64,000 nt of DNA from a virus (taxonomy: Duplodnaviria > Caudoviricetes), in the IMG/VR virus record IMGVR_UViG_3300021399_003927, positions 65,492 through 129,491 of that record, one strand, 5' to 3'. Of this stretch, positions 7,820-16,916 are shown one piece after another (position 1 is the stretch's first letter; every line of letters begins with the position of its first letter). A model generated the notes under the pieces. That model had not been told where the DNA came from, searched no databases, and was given only the letters and a program-made list of their open reading frames with translations. The position numbers and the translations under genes are program-made.

Positions 7820-7842
7820 AATTTCTACTATTTTACCTATAG

Positions 7843-7930
7843 TTAAAAGAGGCCGCAGCTCTACCGTTAAGCTATAGGAGCAATTATCTATACCTTATTC
7901 ATAACGCTCCTAGTCCAACGGTGTTGGTAC
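7843..7930 (-). ncRNA. Degenerate permuted tRNA-like element lacking the ACAGCAA stem
   Basis: 3' acceptor strand TAGGAGC precedes 5' strand GCTCCTA + D arm (GCTTAACGGTAGAGC). Confidence 0.5.
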
Positions 7931-8023
7931 TCGACAGAGCGTTACATCTGTTTACGTTTTATGCACTTTATCTTTCTCATACGTTTATTTGTTTTTTTTT
8001 TTTAATCTTCAACTTCTTCTTTT

Positions 8024-8269
8024 TTACTTAATTTTGATTAGTGTGTCGTTTTCATTGGCTCTCCTAATCCACCTCATAAGAAGCACACCCTTCTCTGTAG
8101 GCTTGAATGCAGCAGTCTCACCGACATCATGTTTGTCTGAAAGGTCTATCTCTAACTGATACTTATTGCCATCAACATCAAAGATGTGATAAACTGCAAT
8201 ACCTCCAGACATGATATACTGCAACTTAGCGATTCCTTTAACAATCGGTTTAATATCTTGTACTACCAT
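8024..8269 (-). CDS. Hypothetical protein
   Basis: 81-aa ORF. Confidence 0.7.
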   Translation of the reverse strand: MVVQDIKPIVKGIAKLQYIMSGGIAVYHIFDVDGNKYQLEIDLSDKHDVGETAAFKPTEKGVLLMRWIRRANENDTLIKIK

Positions 8270-8271
8270 TT

Positions 8272-8580
8272 TTACTTCTTTTTCTTATATTTATTAAGTT
8301 CATTTAAGAACATTTCCTTAGTGTTTAAATTATCCAATTCATACTCCTTCTTTTTTTCACTGTATGTGTTTAAATCCCACGCGCCTATGACAAAATTAAG
8401 TGCTGCCAATATGAATTGACCACATAAAGCACAACCTATGGCAACTAAAGTAGCACCTATGGTCATAAACAACCAACCAAGAACAACCTTTTTTTGGTCA
8501 ATATTCATCGTAAGAGATAGACCACAAAGGATGAACACTAGACATAATACTGAAAAAATCGAACCAATAATTGAAATCAT
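8272..8580 (-). CDS. Hypothetical membrane protein
   Basis: Three hydrophobic segments. Confidence 0.7.
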   Translation of the reverse strand: MISIIGSIFSVLCLVFILCGLSLTMNIDQKKVVLGWLFMTIGATLVAIGCALCGQFILAALNFVIGAWDLNTYSEKKKEYELDNLNTKEMFLNELNKYKKKK

Positions 8581-8602
8581 AACACTTAGTTTTAAAATTA
8601 TG

Positions 8603-8688
8603 CGGAGGGGCAGGAATTCGAATCCTATACCCTAATGGGTACGTTCTGATTAGCAGTCAGACCCAGTTCCTTTCTGGTTGCGCCCTCC
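8603..8688 (-). tRNA. tRNA-Ser(GCT)
   Basis: TCTGA-CTGCTAA-TCAGA, long V arm, G73. Confidence 0.88.
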
Positions 8689-8835
8689 TTTATATTTTCT
8701 ACTATTATACGCCACTATTTAAATACTTACATTCCACTATCTCGTACAACTGTAAAGAATACCTTGATAAATGATATATTCCATCGTTGCCTACGATAAC
8801 TTCTTCAAGTAATTAGCTTGATGTTTCCTTCAGTA

Positions 8836-9129
8836 TTATAATGTTCCATTAAATTCTATACTTTTAATATTAGCCCTTTCTAGTGTCACATAAAGATTTT
8901 CCTTGTGCAAATGACTTGGCGAACTAATTACCCATCTATGTTGTTCAATTACTAAATCAACTGAATCATTATTGAATTTTGCCTTTATTATTTTATCGTC
9001 AGCAAATGAATGGCATAACAAATTCCACCTATTATAGAATTCTCCATTAACTTCTACAGATTCAAACAAATCAATTCGATAAGTTTCATTAATTCTTCTC
9101 TTCCAGTCATTCCAAAATTTTTTAGTCAT
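8836..9129 (-). CDS. Hypothetical protein
   Basis: 97-aa ORF. Confidence 0.7.
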   Translation of the reverse strand: MTKKFWNDWKRRINETYRIDLFESVEVNGEFYNRWNLLCHSFADDKIIKAKFNNDSVDLVIEQHRWVISSPSHLHKENLYVTLERANIKSIEFNGTL

Positions 9130-9158
9130 TTTATATCAACCGCCACCAACTATATTTG

Positions 9159-9533
9159 TTACTCCCCTAATGTTGGAAGGGATGCTTTTCTTATCATTGT
9201 CGGCATAAGTGGGTCATCAGTTCTTTCAAACCCAAATTTCTTATAGAAAGCAACCAAACCGCTTACAGTTCTATGATTGATACTTTCATCCACTCTTGGC
9301 ATAGGTACTACGTTTAGACGTAATTCATAACCTTTAAAGTCTTCAATCATCTTGTTCAACATAGAGGTTGCTATACCATTTCCACAAGCTGATAGGTTAG
9401 TTATGACATATATAATTTTAGCAACTTTTCCATCGACATATACGCCCAACTTGCCTATTCTGTTGTCGTTATTGTCAAAAGCATTAACATAATAATAGTC
9501 TTTGCCTCTTTTAACTTGTAGTTTATACTCCAT
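9159..9533 (-). CDS. GNAT acetyltransferase
   Basis: CGNGIAT acetyl-CoA motif; FYKKFGF. Confidence 0.8.
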   Translation of the reverse strand: MEYKLQVKRGKDYYYVNAFDNNDNRIGKLGVYVDGKVAKIIYVITNLSACGNGIATSMLNKMIEDFKGYELRLNVVPMPRVDESINHRTVSGLVAFYKKFGFERTDDPLMPTMIRKASLPTLGE

Positions 9534-9539
9534 AACTAT

Positions 9540-10340
9540 TTAAATATTTTGCAAATTGTTTAATATATGTTCTTTCCAATAATTTCTTCTAGTGCTGTTT
9601 TTATTTTTTGACTTAAATGTGTCTAACTGACTATCACAATTAGGACATATCATCCGCAAATTTTCTCTTTTGTTGTTAGAAGCATCACCATCAATATGGT
9701 CTAGTACAAATACTAACGGTTTACCATTATGTTCTGGTTTACCTCCACATATTGGGCATATACCACCTTGTTCCTTTAAGAATTCTTTTTTAAAAGCTTT
9801 TGGTGTATAATTTCCTCTACAGTATTTATTGTTATTTTCTAGAAAATCTTTATAAGATTCTCTATGCCTATGTTCTGCAACACATTTTTCAGAACAATAT
9901 TTAGCATCTTTTACTGTAGTTTCAAAATATTTTCCACAAACAACACATTTTTTTGTATATTTAATTAATTTCTTTTCTTTTTTAATGTGTTCTTTTTTCG
10001 TTTTCTTTAACTTACTAGCAATACCATCATAAACAGATTTATCCCTATGTTCATTGTTATACTTCGCAGCACAAGAACGGCAACAAAATTCCTTACCCCA
10101 TTTATTAGTAATTTCTTTTCCGCATTGCTTACAATATTTAATTATTTTTTTCTTTTTATAAGTATCTAAATCAAATCCAACTGACGTTGCAATTTCTTTC
10201 AAATATTCAGAACCTTGTTTATTATCGCTTATTCCGAAATATTCATGTGCTTGATTTTTGCTAGTAAAACTATCAAATTTATCAAAGACCTCTTTCTTTT
10301 TTTCTTCTGTACTAATGTCAATAATCTTTCTTTTCCTCAT
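9540..10340 (-). CDS. HNH homing endonuclease with Zn-ribbon repeats
   Basis: LDHIDGDASNNKRENLRMICPNCDS; several CxxC motifs. Confidence 0.9.
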   Translation of the reverse strand: MRKRKIIDISTEEKKKEVFDKFDSFTSKNQAHEYFGISDNKQGSEYLKEIATSVGFDLDTYKKKKIIKYCKQCGKEITNKWGKEFCCRSCAAKYNNEHRDKSVYDGIASKLKKTKKEHIKKEKKLIKYTKKCVVCGKYFETTVKDAKYCSEKCVAEHRHRESYKDFLENNNKYCRGNYTPKAFKKEFLKEQGGICPICGGKPEHNGKPLVFVLDHIDGDASNNKRENLRMICPNCDSQLDTFKSKNKNSTRRNYWKEHILNNLQNI

Positions 10341-10429
10341 AATTAAATGTATTATATATAATATATAATACTTTTTGCGGAAAAATCAAGGTTTTGACCA
10401 AACTTTTTTTTGTTTTTTTTTTTGAAATG

Positions 10430-10524
10430 CGGTGGGAGTAGGATTCGAACCCACGCTCCGATATATCTCAACCGAACTAAGAGATTTCAAGTCTCCCCCC
10501 TTATAACCACTTGGGTATCCCACC
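10430..10524 (-). tRNA. tRNA-Ser(TGA)
   Basis: GGAGA-CTTGAAA-TCTCT, long V arm. Confidence 0.92.
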
Positions 10525-10530
10525 AAAATA

Positions 10531-10769
10531 AAGGAATATACTAGCGAATCGTGTGTTGTATTTCACTCCACGTCTTTGACCACTACCATTTCGTCTACCA
10601 TACTTTCACATGTTTGGAATAATTAGATAATCAGTAATAACGACTATAGTCTCCTGAAGTTTGTCCATCTAATCCATGTTATTCATACAGCCTACTCTTT
10701 CATTTGTAATTTAATACAGATGATACTCTATGCATCACGAACTTACTGTTCTTCCGACCTTTATTCCTT
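10531..10769 (-). ncRNA. Candidate structured RNA between tRNAs
   Basis: 8-bp terminal stem AAGGAATA/TATTCCTT filling the inter-tRNA gap. Confidence 0.35.
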
Positions 10770-10771
10770 TG

Positions 10772-10844
10772 TGGAGCTGAAGAGAATCGAACTCTCCCAC
10801 GAACCTTGCAAAAGTCCATCGCCAGCCTTGGAACATGCAACCCC
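10772..10844 (-). tRNA. tRNA-Ala(TGC), atypical D arm
   Basis: G3-U70, loop TTTGCAA. Confidence 0.8.
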
Positions 10845-10848
10845 AAGC

Positions 10849-10983
10849 AATGCACAGCAGCAGTATCGTTGGCTTAGTGCGTCCTTACGGCTAGGTAAAA
10901 ACCAATCCATCATGGGGGGAACAACCCTAGCCACTCATATGTACATCTTTGAGTGTTGTTTTAGACCCACGTCTGGGTGCGTT
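10849..10983 (-). ncRNA. Candidate structured RNA
   Basis: Terminal stem AACGCAC/GTGCATT; internal ACTCA/TGAGT and GGCTAGG/CCTAGCC. Confidence 0.45.
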
Positions 10984-12054
10984 CTATTTCTTGTCAAATA
11001 TCACCCCATCTGGTAAATCATTGTCTACCACTTTCTTCTCCTTGTAGTAGTCCAAATAGGCATTTCCATCGTCATTGATGATGTATTCGATGCCTCTTGA
11101 ATATTCATAGGTAGATGCAACACCTTGCAGCATAAAGAAGAAAAATCCATCCTTATCTACTAGTCGCAACCAATGGGAATCATTTGTATTTTCCTCTTGT
11201 ATGATTTTGTACTTGTCCGTTGCCTTTACCTTTTCTATGTATTTGTTGAAAGTTGGGGCAAACTTACCAGTTGCACAATCACCTCTGAAACGAACAGATT
11301 CAAACCCTATTTTCTTAGCCCATTCGACAAAATTCTCAACGAATGTAGGAAAGTTCTCAATTTCCTTATACACAACACTCACTGCTGATGTTGTTATGTT
11401 TCTGTCAAGAAGCTGTACTATCAAGCTAGTAAGCTCTTCGTCTGTCGGAATTCTCCAAGTGTTAAATATCTCTCTTCGTGCATCTAAATTATAATGATGA
11501 ATTGAAATATTTACATAGTTAACCACGCCAATTAATGAATCTAAAACTTCATTCAGCTTATATCCATTTGTGGTAAGGGTCACTCTGTTAATTTTATCCA
11601 ACCATTTAGAGTTTTTTAGCCTCCTTAACACTTTCCTTAACAAGTCTGGATTGAACGTTGGTTCATTTCCAGTTATGTCAAGACTAATTGGCTGTTTGCC
11701 GTATACTCTATCAACCACATCGCCAAGAGAATCAATAAATCTGCTCAAGAATAAGTCATAGTCATGCTCCATGTTCTTATATCCGTTCATAAAACAAAAC
11801 TCACACTTTGCTTGGCAGAAAGATGGGATTATCAACTTAATTGAAACCACATTCTCATAGTCAACTCTTACGTTGTAATTGTCAAGTACCCATAAATGCC
11901 ATTTTGCAGCATTCACAACATTTTCATTCTCATGCTTTAGAAGAGATTCAACATAACCTCTGTCCAAGGTAAAATCCTTTTTCAGCTTATGGTATATGTC
12001 TGTCCATTTCTCCCTTTTGTGTTCTAAAATTGTCTTTTTGACATCTTTCCACAT
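10984..12054 (-). CDS. Radical SAM protein
   Basis: CQAKCEFC (CxxxCxxC), TGNEP, TTNG, NISIH. Confidence 0.9.
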   Translation of the reverse strand: MWKDVKKTILEHKREKWTDIYHKLKKDFTLDRGYVESLLKHENENVVNAAKWHLWVLDNYNVRVDYENVVSIKLIIPSFCQAKCEFCFMNGYKNMEHDYDLFLSRFIDSLGDVVDRVYGKQPISLDITGNEPTFNPDLLRKVLRRLKNSKWLDKINRVTLTTNGYKLNEVLDSLIGVVNYVNISIHHYNLDARREIFNTWRIPTDEELTSLIVQLLDRNITTSAVSVVYKEIENFPTFVENFVEWAKKIGFESVRFRGDCATGKFAPTFNKYIEKVKATDKYKIIQEENTNDSHWLRLVDKDGFFFFMLQGVASTYEYSRGIEYIINDDGNAYLDYYKEKKVVDNDLPDGVIFDKK

Positions 12055-12084
12055 ACTACTGAGTTATTAATTGATGAAACATTG

Positions 12085-12155
12085 CGGAGGTAGAGGGAAT
12101 CGAACCCACACCTAATGGTTAACAGCCACTTGCTCGACCTTCGAGCTACACCTCC
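12085..12155 (-). tRNA. tRNA-Asn(GTT)
   Basis: AGTGG-CTGTTAA-CCATT. Confidence 0.9.
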
Positions 12156-12162
12156 AATTTTG

Positions 12163-12240
12163 TGGATGCAATAGGATTCGAACCTATGTTTTTTTACCAT
12201 TGTATATGGTCACTCCCCAGAGGAGTCCTTACACGCATCC
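12163..12240 (-). tRNA. Atypical tRNA-like RNA (Val TAC-like loop, aberrant D arm)
   Basis: GGATGCG/TGCATCC, normal T arm, ACTCC-TCTGG-GGAGT, ACCA-TATACAA-TGGT. Confidence 0.55.
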
Positions 12241-12244
12241 ATAT

Positions 12245-12436
12245 TTAGTCATTACAAAAATGTACCCAATAGGTATCATCTTTAATATCCTTTAAAACTT
12301 TTTTCCTATCCCAATTATGTAGTATACATAATTTCCATAACATTTTTTTAGATAAAGGATTTATACACCCAAAAGGTGTAGTTCCAATAAGAGAATTTAA
12401 CACCTCAATATGCTTTGTGTTACGTATTTTATGCAT
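12245..12436 (-). CDS. Hypothetical protein (start MHKIR)
   Basis: The longer ORF call overlaps tRNA-Asp. Confidence 0.55.
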   Translation of the reverse strand: MHKIRNTKHIEVLNSLIGTTPFGCINPLSKKMLWKLCILHNWDRKKVLKDIKDDTYWVHFCND

Positions 12437-12458
12437 AGTTATTATAATTTCAATTTTG

Positions 12459-12530
12459 CAGTGACGATGGGATTCGAACCCACGACTTTTGGTTAGACAG
12501 ACCAACGCTCTACCACTGAACTACGCCACT
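12459..12530 (-). tRNA. tRNA-Asp(GTC)
   Basis: TTGGT-CTGTCTA-ACCAA, G73 (unusual U37). Confidence 0.85.
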
Positions 12531-12548
12531 ATTTGAACTAATTTTTTG

Positions 12549-12621
12549 AGCCGTGTGAGGGATTCGAACCCACGACATTCACATTACAAGGGTGACGCTC
12601 TACCAACTGAGCTAACACGGC
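12549..12621 (-). tRNA. tRNA-Thr(TGT)
   Basis: Loop CTTGTAA. Confidence 0.9.
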
Positions 12622-12703
12622 ATTGTTAAACTAGGTCTGCACTCCCCTCGCATGCTACGTGTCGGAGTTACTTGCATTGCTGCATTTGTTGTTACCTAGT
12701 TTG

Positions 12704-12776
12704 TGGGGCTGGGTGGAGTTGAACCACCGACACGAGGATTTTCAGTCCTCTGCTCTACCACCTGAGCTACAGCCCC
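12704..12776 (-). tRNA. tRNA-Phe(GAA)
   Basis: GAGGA-CTGAAAA-TCCTC. Confidence 0.95.
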
Positions 12777-12924
12777 AATATTCATTTGTCAATTTTATCA
12801 AGAATCTCTTGAGCCAAATTTATCATCTTGCCTAATTTTCCCATTTTTTTTTGCAAATATATGATTTTTTTTTCAAATAGCCAAATTTTTTCTCCACTTT
12901 AACATACCTTAACTATAGGCACAT

Positions 12925-12967
12925 AAAAAAGCTGCTGAATACTTTTTTGAGAGTTCTTCAACAGCTT
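12925..12967 (-). terminator. Intrinsic terminator, possible attenuator
   Basis: AAGCTGTTGAA ... TTCAGCAGCTT followed by T-run. Confidence 0.65.
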
Positions 12968-13006
12968 GGGAAATATATAGTGAAGTAAGTGCCTACATTA
13001 AACCTT

Positions 13007-13132
13007 TCATACCTCTATATCACCGTCTAGCTGTTCTAGAACTGCGTCTGAATTAAACACAACTGTATCATTCCATTTACTATTCGCAAATGAATCAGAT
13101 GTCTTAACGATATTTTTAATAGTTGTGTTCAT
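13007..13132 (-). CDS. 41-aa small ORF, possible leader peptide
   Basis: MNTTIKNIVKTSDSFANSKWNDTVVFNSDAVLEQLDGDIEV, directly before the terminator. Confidence 0.45.
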   Translation of the reverse strand: MNTTIKNIVKTSDSFANSKWNDTVVFNSDAVLEQLDGDIEV

Positions 13133-13216
13133 GATATAAAAGTTTAATTGATTTTTCTATAATTATATATTAACTCTCAAAAAGTTCTATTTTTTTGTAA
13201 TTTTTTTTGTATTTTT

Positions 13217-13648
13217 TTAATTTAAGTAGTTTTCATACTTTTTGCACTTTTCTTTCACCTCATTAAAATACTGCATGGCAGCTTCATTTGAAGTAAATCT
13301 TTTATGTACATTGTTGTTATAATCAGAACAATACACATCGACCTCTGCTTTAAAATATACGGTGTCATTCTTTAGGAAATAATGATGCCATCCATACTTA
13401 CTTTCAGCAGCATCTTTCAATTTTGCAAAACGGCACATACGGCCACTTGCTTTGTATAAGTTATGTTTCGCATGAAGTGGAATAAGAGGTATTATCCCCC
13501 AAAGTTTCCAAAAATAAATTTTTCCCTTCGGTACTGCTACCTCCATTTTTTCACCTTCTTGTACTGGAGTAAACTCTATGCTTTTAATACTTCTGTAAAA
13601 AGCTCCACCTTCTAATCTAATAGGTGCGTATGTTTCATTATTGTCCAT
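13217..13648 (-). CDS. Hypothetical protein
   Basis: 143-aa ORF after a promoter. Confidence 0.75.
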   Translation of the reverse strand: MDNNETYAPIRLEGGAFYRSIKSIEFTPVQEGEKMEVAVPKGKIYFWKLWGIIPLIPLHAKHNLYKASGRMCRFAKLKDAAESKYGWHHYFLKNDTVYFKAEVDVYCSDYNNNVHKRFTSNEAAMQYFNEVKEKCKKYENYLN

Positions 13649-13771
13649 TGTTAATATGGTTATTTAAAAATTTCACAATGCAAAGATATAAAAAATATCT
13701 TTAATTCCCAAATTTTTTCAGAAGTTTTTAAAAAAAAATTCAAAAAATTCAAGTATTTGAACTATTTTTTG

Positions 13772-13859
13772 TATAGGGGGTGGGAGTCGAACCCACAACT
13801 ATCTTTCGATAGACTGGTTTCGTAGACCAGGACGGTCATCCATTACGTTTTACCCCTAC
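13772..13859 (-). tRNA. tRNA-Arg(ACG) with long variable arm
   Basis: CTGGT-CTACGAA-ACCAG; V arm CTATC-GAAA-GATAG. Confidence 0.85.
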
Positions 13860-13865
13860 ATAAAA

Positions 13866-14024
13866 AGGAACGACCAATTTTATGTCTTGGCTCGACATTC
13901 GCTCTTACTTAAGGAGCATAGGTAAGTGCCTCGCAATGATGATTTAACGCTTCTCTTACCCTTGTCTAGTCTGAATTAAAAAATGTTGTTCGTGTAAATT
14001 TTAATCAAACTGCTGTACGTTCCT
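13866..14024 (-). ncRNA. ACAGCA-stem RNA 4 (non-tRNA multi-hairpin cargo)
   Basis: AGGAACGT-ACAGCAG ... CGTTCCT; internal GGTAAG/CTTACC, GCTC/GAGC, ATGTC/GACAT. Confidence 0.7.
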
Positions 14025-14067
14025 ACTGACACGCAGCTAGGCGCAACTGGGCTTCCTAGATACGATG

Positions 14068-14602
14068 TACATCCGCTGGGACTCGAACCCAGAACCTACG
14101 GCTTCGTACTACTCTATGTTACCATAGCCAAACTTAACAATAACGTATATACGAGGCACATGTCCCCATGCATCCAACCGATGATGCGTTAAATTTGTTG
14201 TAGTCTGGAATACATCTTTACCATATTGAAATTCTTGCGCAAGTTGAGCGTGCTTTATACGTTTACACTACTATACACGGTTGAGTATCTTATTGCCTCT
14301 CAATTTCAACTTAGGTATCTCCTATATACTCTCTACACATTTATGAGAATCTTTCACTATCCATCTTCTTCCATTTTATTGATGGCTCTTCTCAATTTAG
14401 CACGGTATAATCCTTACACATTATTGGTTAGTGTGTTTTTCATAAGCGATTGGGCATCTTTGTGTTCCAATGTAACTTCAACTTATTACTCTAACTTAAA
14501 AGAACTTCCACCGTTTTAGGGAGATTCTACTATGGGATTTCTCGCCATAGCATCCAATTTTACATAGAAGGCCGTTGCTCTAATCCATTGAGCTACGGAT
14601 GC
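14068..14602 (-). tRNA. tRNA-Arg(TCT) interrupted by a group I intron (exons 14566-14602 and 14068-14104)
   Basis: Joined exons give ACGGC-CTTCT|AA-GCCGT and a complete cloverleaf. Confidence 0.92.
14105..14565 (-). mobile_element. Group I intron (461 nt) at tRNA position 36/37
   Basis: Exon ends in U paired to G in P1 (TCT|A with TGGA); terminal G; P7 GAGTAT/GTATTC in GTAGAGAGTATA and AAGATGTATTCC. Confidence 0.88.
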
Positions 14603-14969
14603 ATTTACATTAACTCAATGTTGGGTCATTTTTGGGGTCGTAGTCATCGTGCAAAAAAGGCTCTGTTGGTGGAACTTCTACTGCATTGCGAAATTCATAC
14701 ACCATTATGCCTATAAATGCTACTAAAAACGCCAATACGATTATTCCAATTATTCTCATTTTTATTTATTTCTTTTTTTAGAATATTCTTCCAACTCTTC
14801 TTTAAAGGATTTCATTTTTTCCTTTTTACTTGGACGTTTCTTAGGGGAAAAACAAACTAGCATAATAAGCATGTATCCCCATATAAACAAAAATAAAATA
14901 AATAGTAACCTTCCCATAACATTTTCTATTTACGTTGCAAATATATGAAAAAAAATTGAAATAGCCAAA

Positions 14970-15992
14970 TTATTTTGACCTTTTTAACTTATTTCTATAC
15001 CAATTTTTCAAAATATCATAAATTCCTTTATTTCTTTTAACAAATATATCACCTTGTGGAATCTCCTTTGATGAATATTTTTTGAAACTACCTCTAGCAG
15101 TACCATTTTCCTCATTCCATCTTCCAATGACCCTTCTCATTTTCTTAATCAAATAAGAAATGTTGGCATCGCATAATTTAAAATAGTTTTTTGGTTCATC
15201 TATTCTCCTAATAGATGCATCAATATATTCTTTTGTGTTATCTTTTGTGTAATAATCATCTTTTGAAACATACACTCGTTTCAACAATTTGTAGTCTTTA
15301 ATTGTACCAGATAGCATTTTATAGGTCTTAGTGTCTCTGATGTCATTTTCATATTGTGACTCCATATACATTTCTTGAACCCACGCATCTATTTCGTCTC
15401 TATCTAATCTATAATATATCCAAGGTATCGTATAATCTACAATTTGTTTAATAGGGGTATTTGCGGCTGAATTAAAACCAAATTTGTTTTCTATTTCTCT
15501 TTGCGCCTTTGAATACTGGGGTGTGATATTAGTACCACCTCTTCTATATGACTGATAAGCATGTTTTATTTCGTGATTAATTGTAGATACAATATAGTTT
15601 TTTTCCCTATGAGGTATAGCATCTGTCATTGCCCACACAAACGAAAATGTTATCACTCTATTACTAGGAGAAAAGTTATTTTTCAAATAGCCATTACTAG
15701 AAATAAAATCCATAACGTCATCAAACGTTTCATTCTGTGGGTTATAATAATACAAATTGACAGTAATTCCATTTAAAAAAGACAATGTTTGAATATTATC
15801 AATATCTAAATTAAATGTTTTACCATATATTTTTTTATCACCAATCTGGAACGTTTGGCTTCTATATTCTCTATGATGTTCATATATCAAATTAAAAATG
15901 GCTATAGATATTTGCATAATATCATTTGACACGCCACCATATTCTAATATTACTTCTTTTACTATGGATTCTATGAGATTATTTTTAATCAT
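14970..15992 (-). CDS. Hypothetical protein with HExxH (zincin-like) motif
   Basis: NHEIKH plus downstream EIDA. Confidence 0.75.
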   Translation of the reverse strand: MIKNNLIESIVKEVILEYGGVSNDIMQISIAIFNLIYEHHREYRSQTFQIGDKKIYGKTFNLDIDNIQTLSFLNGITVNLYYYNPQNETFDDVMDFISSNGYLKNNFSPSNRVITFSFVWAMTDAIPHREKNYIVSTINHEIKHAYQSYRRGGTNITPQYSKAQREIENKFGFNSAANTPIKQIVDYTIPWIYYRLDRDEIDAWVQEMYMESQYENDIRDTKTYKMLSGTIKDYKLLKRVYVSKDDYYTKDNTKEYIDASIRRIDEPKNYFKLCDANISYLIKKMRRVIGRWNEENGTARGSFKKYSSKEIPQGDIFVKRNKGIYDILKNWYRNKLKRSK

Positions 15993-16047
15993 AACAAAAA
16001 TGACATCTATTATTTTAATTTATAATAAATATCATTTTAAACTAAAA

Positions 16048-16369
16048 ATAACTGAATGTGTTGTTACACCAAAGACAACGTATATACTTTACGCCTCACG
16101 ATTCACGTTTACAATTCGACCAAGAATCCAGCAGCGGCTTTAAAGGTTCTCCAACTTGACTTCACGAGCCTCATTCGGTCTTATATTTCAGATTCTCAGA
16201 CTTCGACCTCTCGTCTCTCGCCTATTAGGGATTTGCAACTCCCAAGTTATTTGGATGCACCTAGGGTTTTTATACGAGGTGTAAACCCATAAAACATACT
16301 ACCTCACCACTTACTGAGTACTGTCACTCCTTAGAAGATGGACACTACCAATCCTACTTTTTCAGTTAT
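16048..16369 (-). ncRNA. Candidate ~320-nt structured RNA
   Basis: 9-bp terminal stem ATAACTGAA/TTCAGTTAT, GC-elevated, no credible ORF, directly after tRNA-Leu. Confidence 0.5.
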
Positions 16370-16374
16370 CTATG

Positions 16375-16462
16375 TAGGGTAGAAGGGATTCGAACCCCCA
16401 CAAACCTCTCGGTTTCCACATCCTAAGTGTGGTGCGTCTCAACCTAATTGCGCCACTACCCC
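16375..16462 (-). tRNA. tRNA-Leu(TAG)
   Basis: CCACA-CTTAGGA-TGTGG, long V arm. Confidence 0.92.
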
Positions 16463-16475
16463 ATAATAAAAACTC

Positions 16476-16602
16476 GGAAACAATTGTTTTTAGACTGCCG
16501 TGTTTAGCCACTCCACCAACTTTCATCTAAGAAAGTGTGGGATTCGAACCCACGAAATCAATTACGATTAGCTGTTTTGAACAAATATTGCTGTTTGTTT
16601 CC
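16476..16602 (-). ncRNA. ACAGCAA-stem RNA 5 with permuted type-II tRNA module
   Basis: GGAAACAA-ACAGCAA ... ACAGC, V arm, T arm, ACTTTC-TTAGAT-GAAAGT (capped acceptor), D arm, GCAGT ... TTGTTTCC. Confidence 0.8.
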
Positions 16603-16630
16603 TTTATAAAAAAAAGCGATTGAATAATTG

Positions 16631-16704
16631 TAGGGGCGATGGATAATGCTCCCACTATCTCATGCTTATAAGGCATGTGCTTTTACTGTCTAAGCTACAC
16701 CCCA
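16631..16704 (-). tRNA. tRNA-Ile(TAT)
   Basis: CATGC-CTTATAA-GCATG; atypical T loop AGCATTA; T1:T72 mismatch. Confidence 0.8.
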
Positions 16705-16898
16705 ATCTTCCAATATGGATAATTCCTCTTTTCAGATTCTGGCGTATCTGTTAATTCATACCTTGCGCCACAGTAAGGACAATGGGCATAAGTCACCATT
16801 GCATCGTCTTCTTCACTCAAATCTTCTCCGTTGATTTCACTGAGCATAAAGTTTCCCTCTAGAATTAGGTCATGCTCACAACGCATACATTTTTCCAT
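16695..16898 (-). CDS. Small Zn-ribbon protein
   Basis: CMRC ... CPYC. Confidence 0.65.
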   Translation of the reverse strand: MEKCMRCEHDLILEGNFMLSEINGEDLSEEDDAMVTYAHCPYCGARYELTDTPESEKRNYPYWKIGV

Positions 16899-16916
16899 AT
16901 TGAATTAGTTTTATTG

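Noticed and set aside
12629-12701. Theta (HDV-like) ribozyme or eleventh handle RNA after tRNA-Phe
   Set aside because: It is a closed hairpin with GCAGCAA at the wrong spacing from the 5' end, and I could not build the nested double pseudoknot.
16048-16369. RNase P RNA
   Set aside because: The universally conserved P4 signatures were not found.
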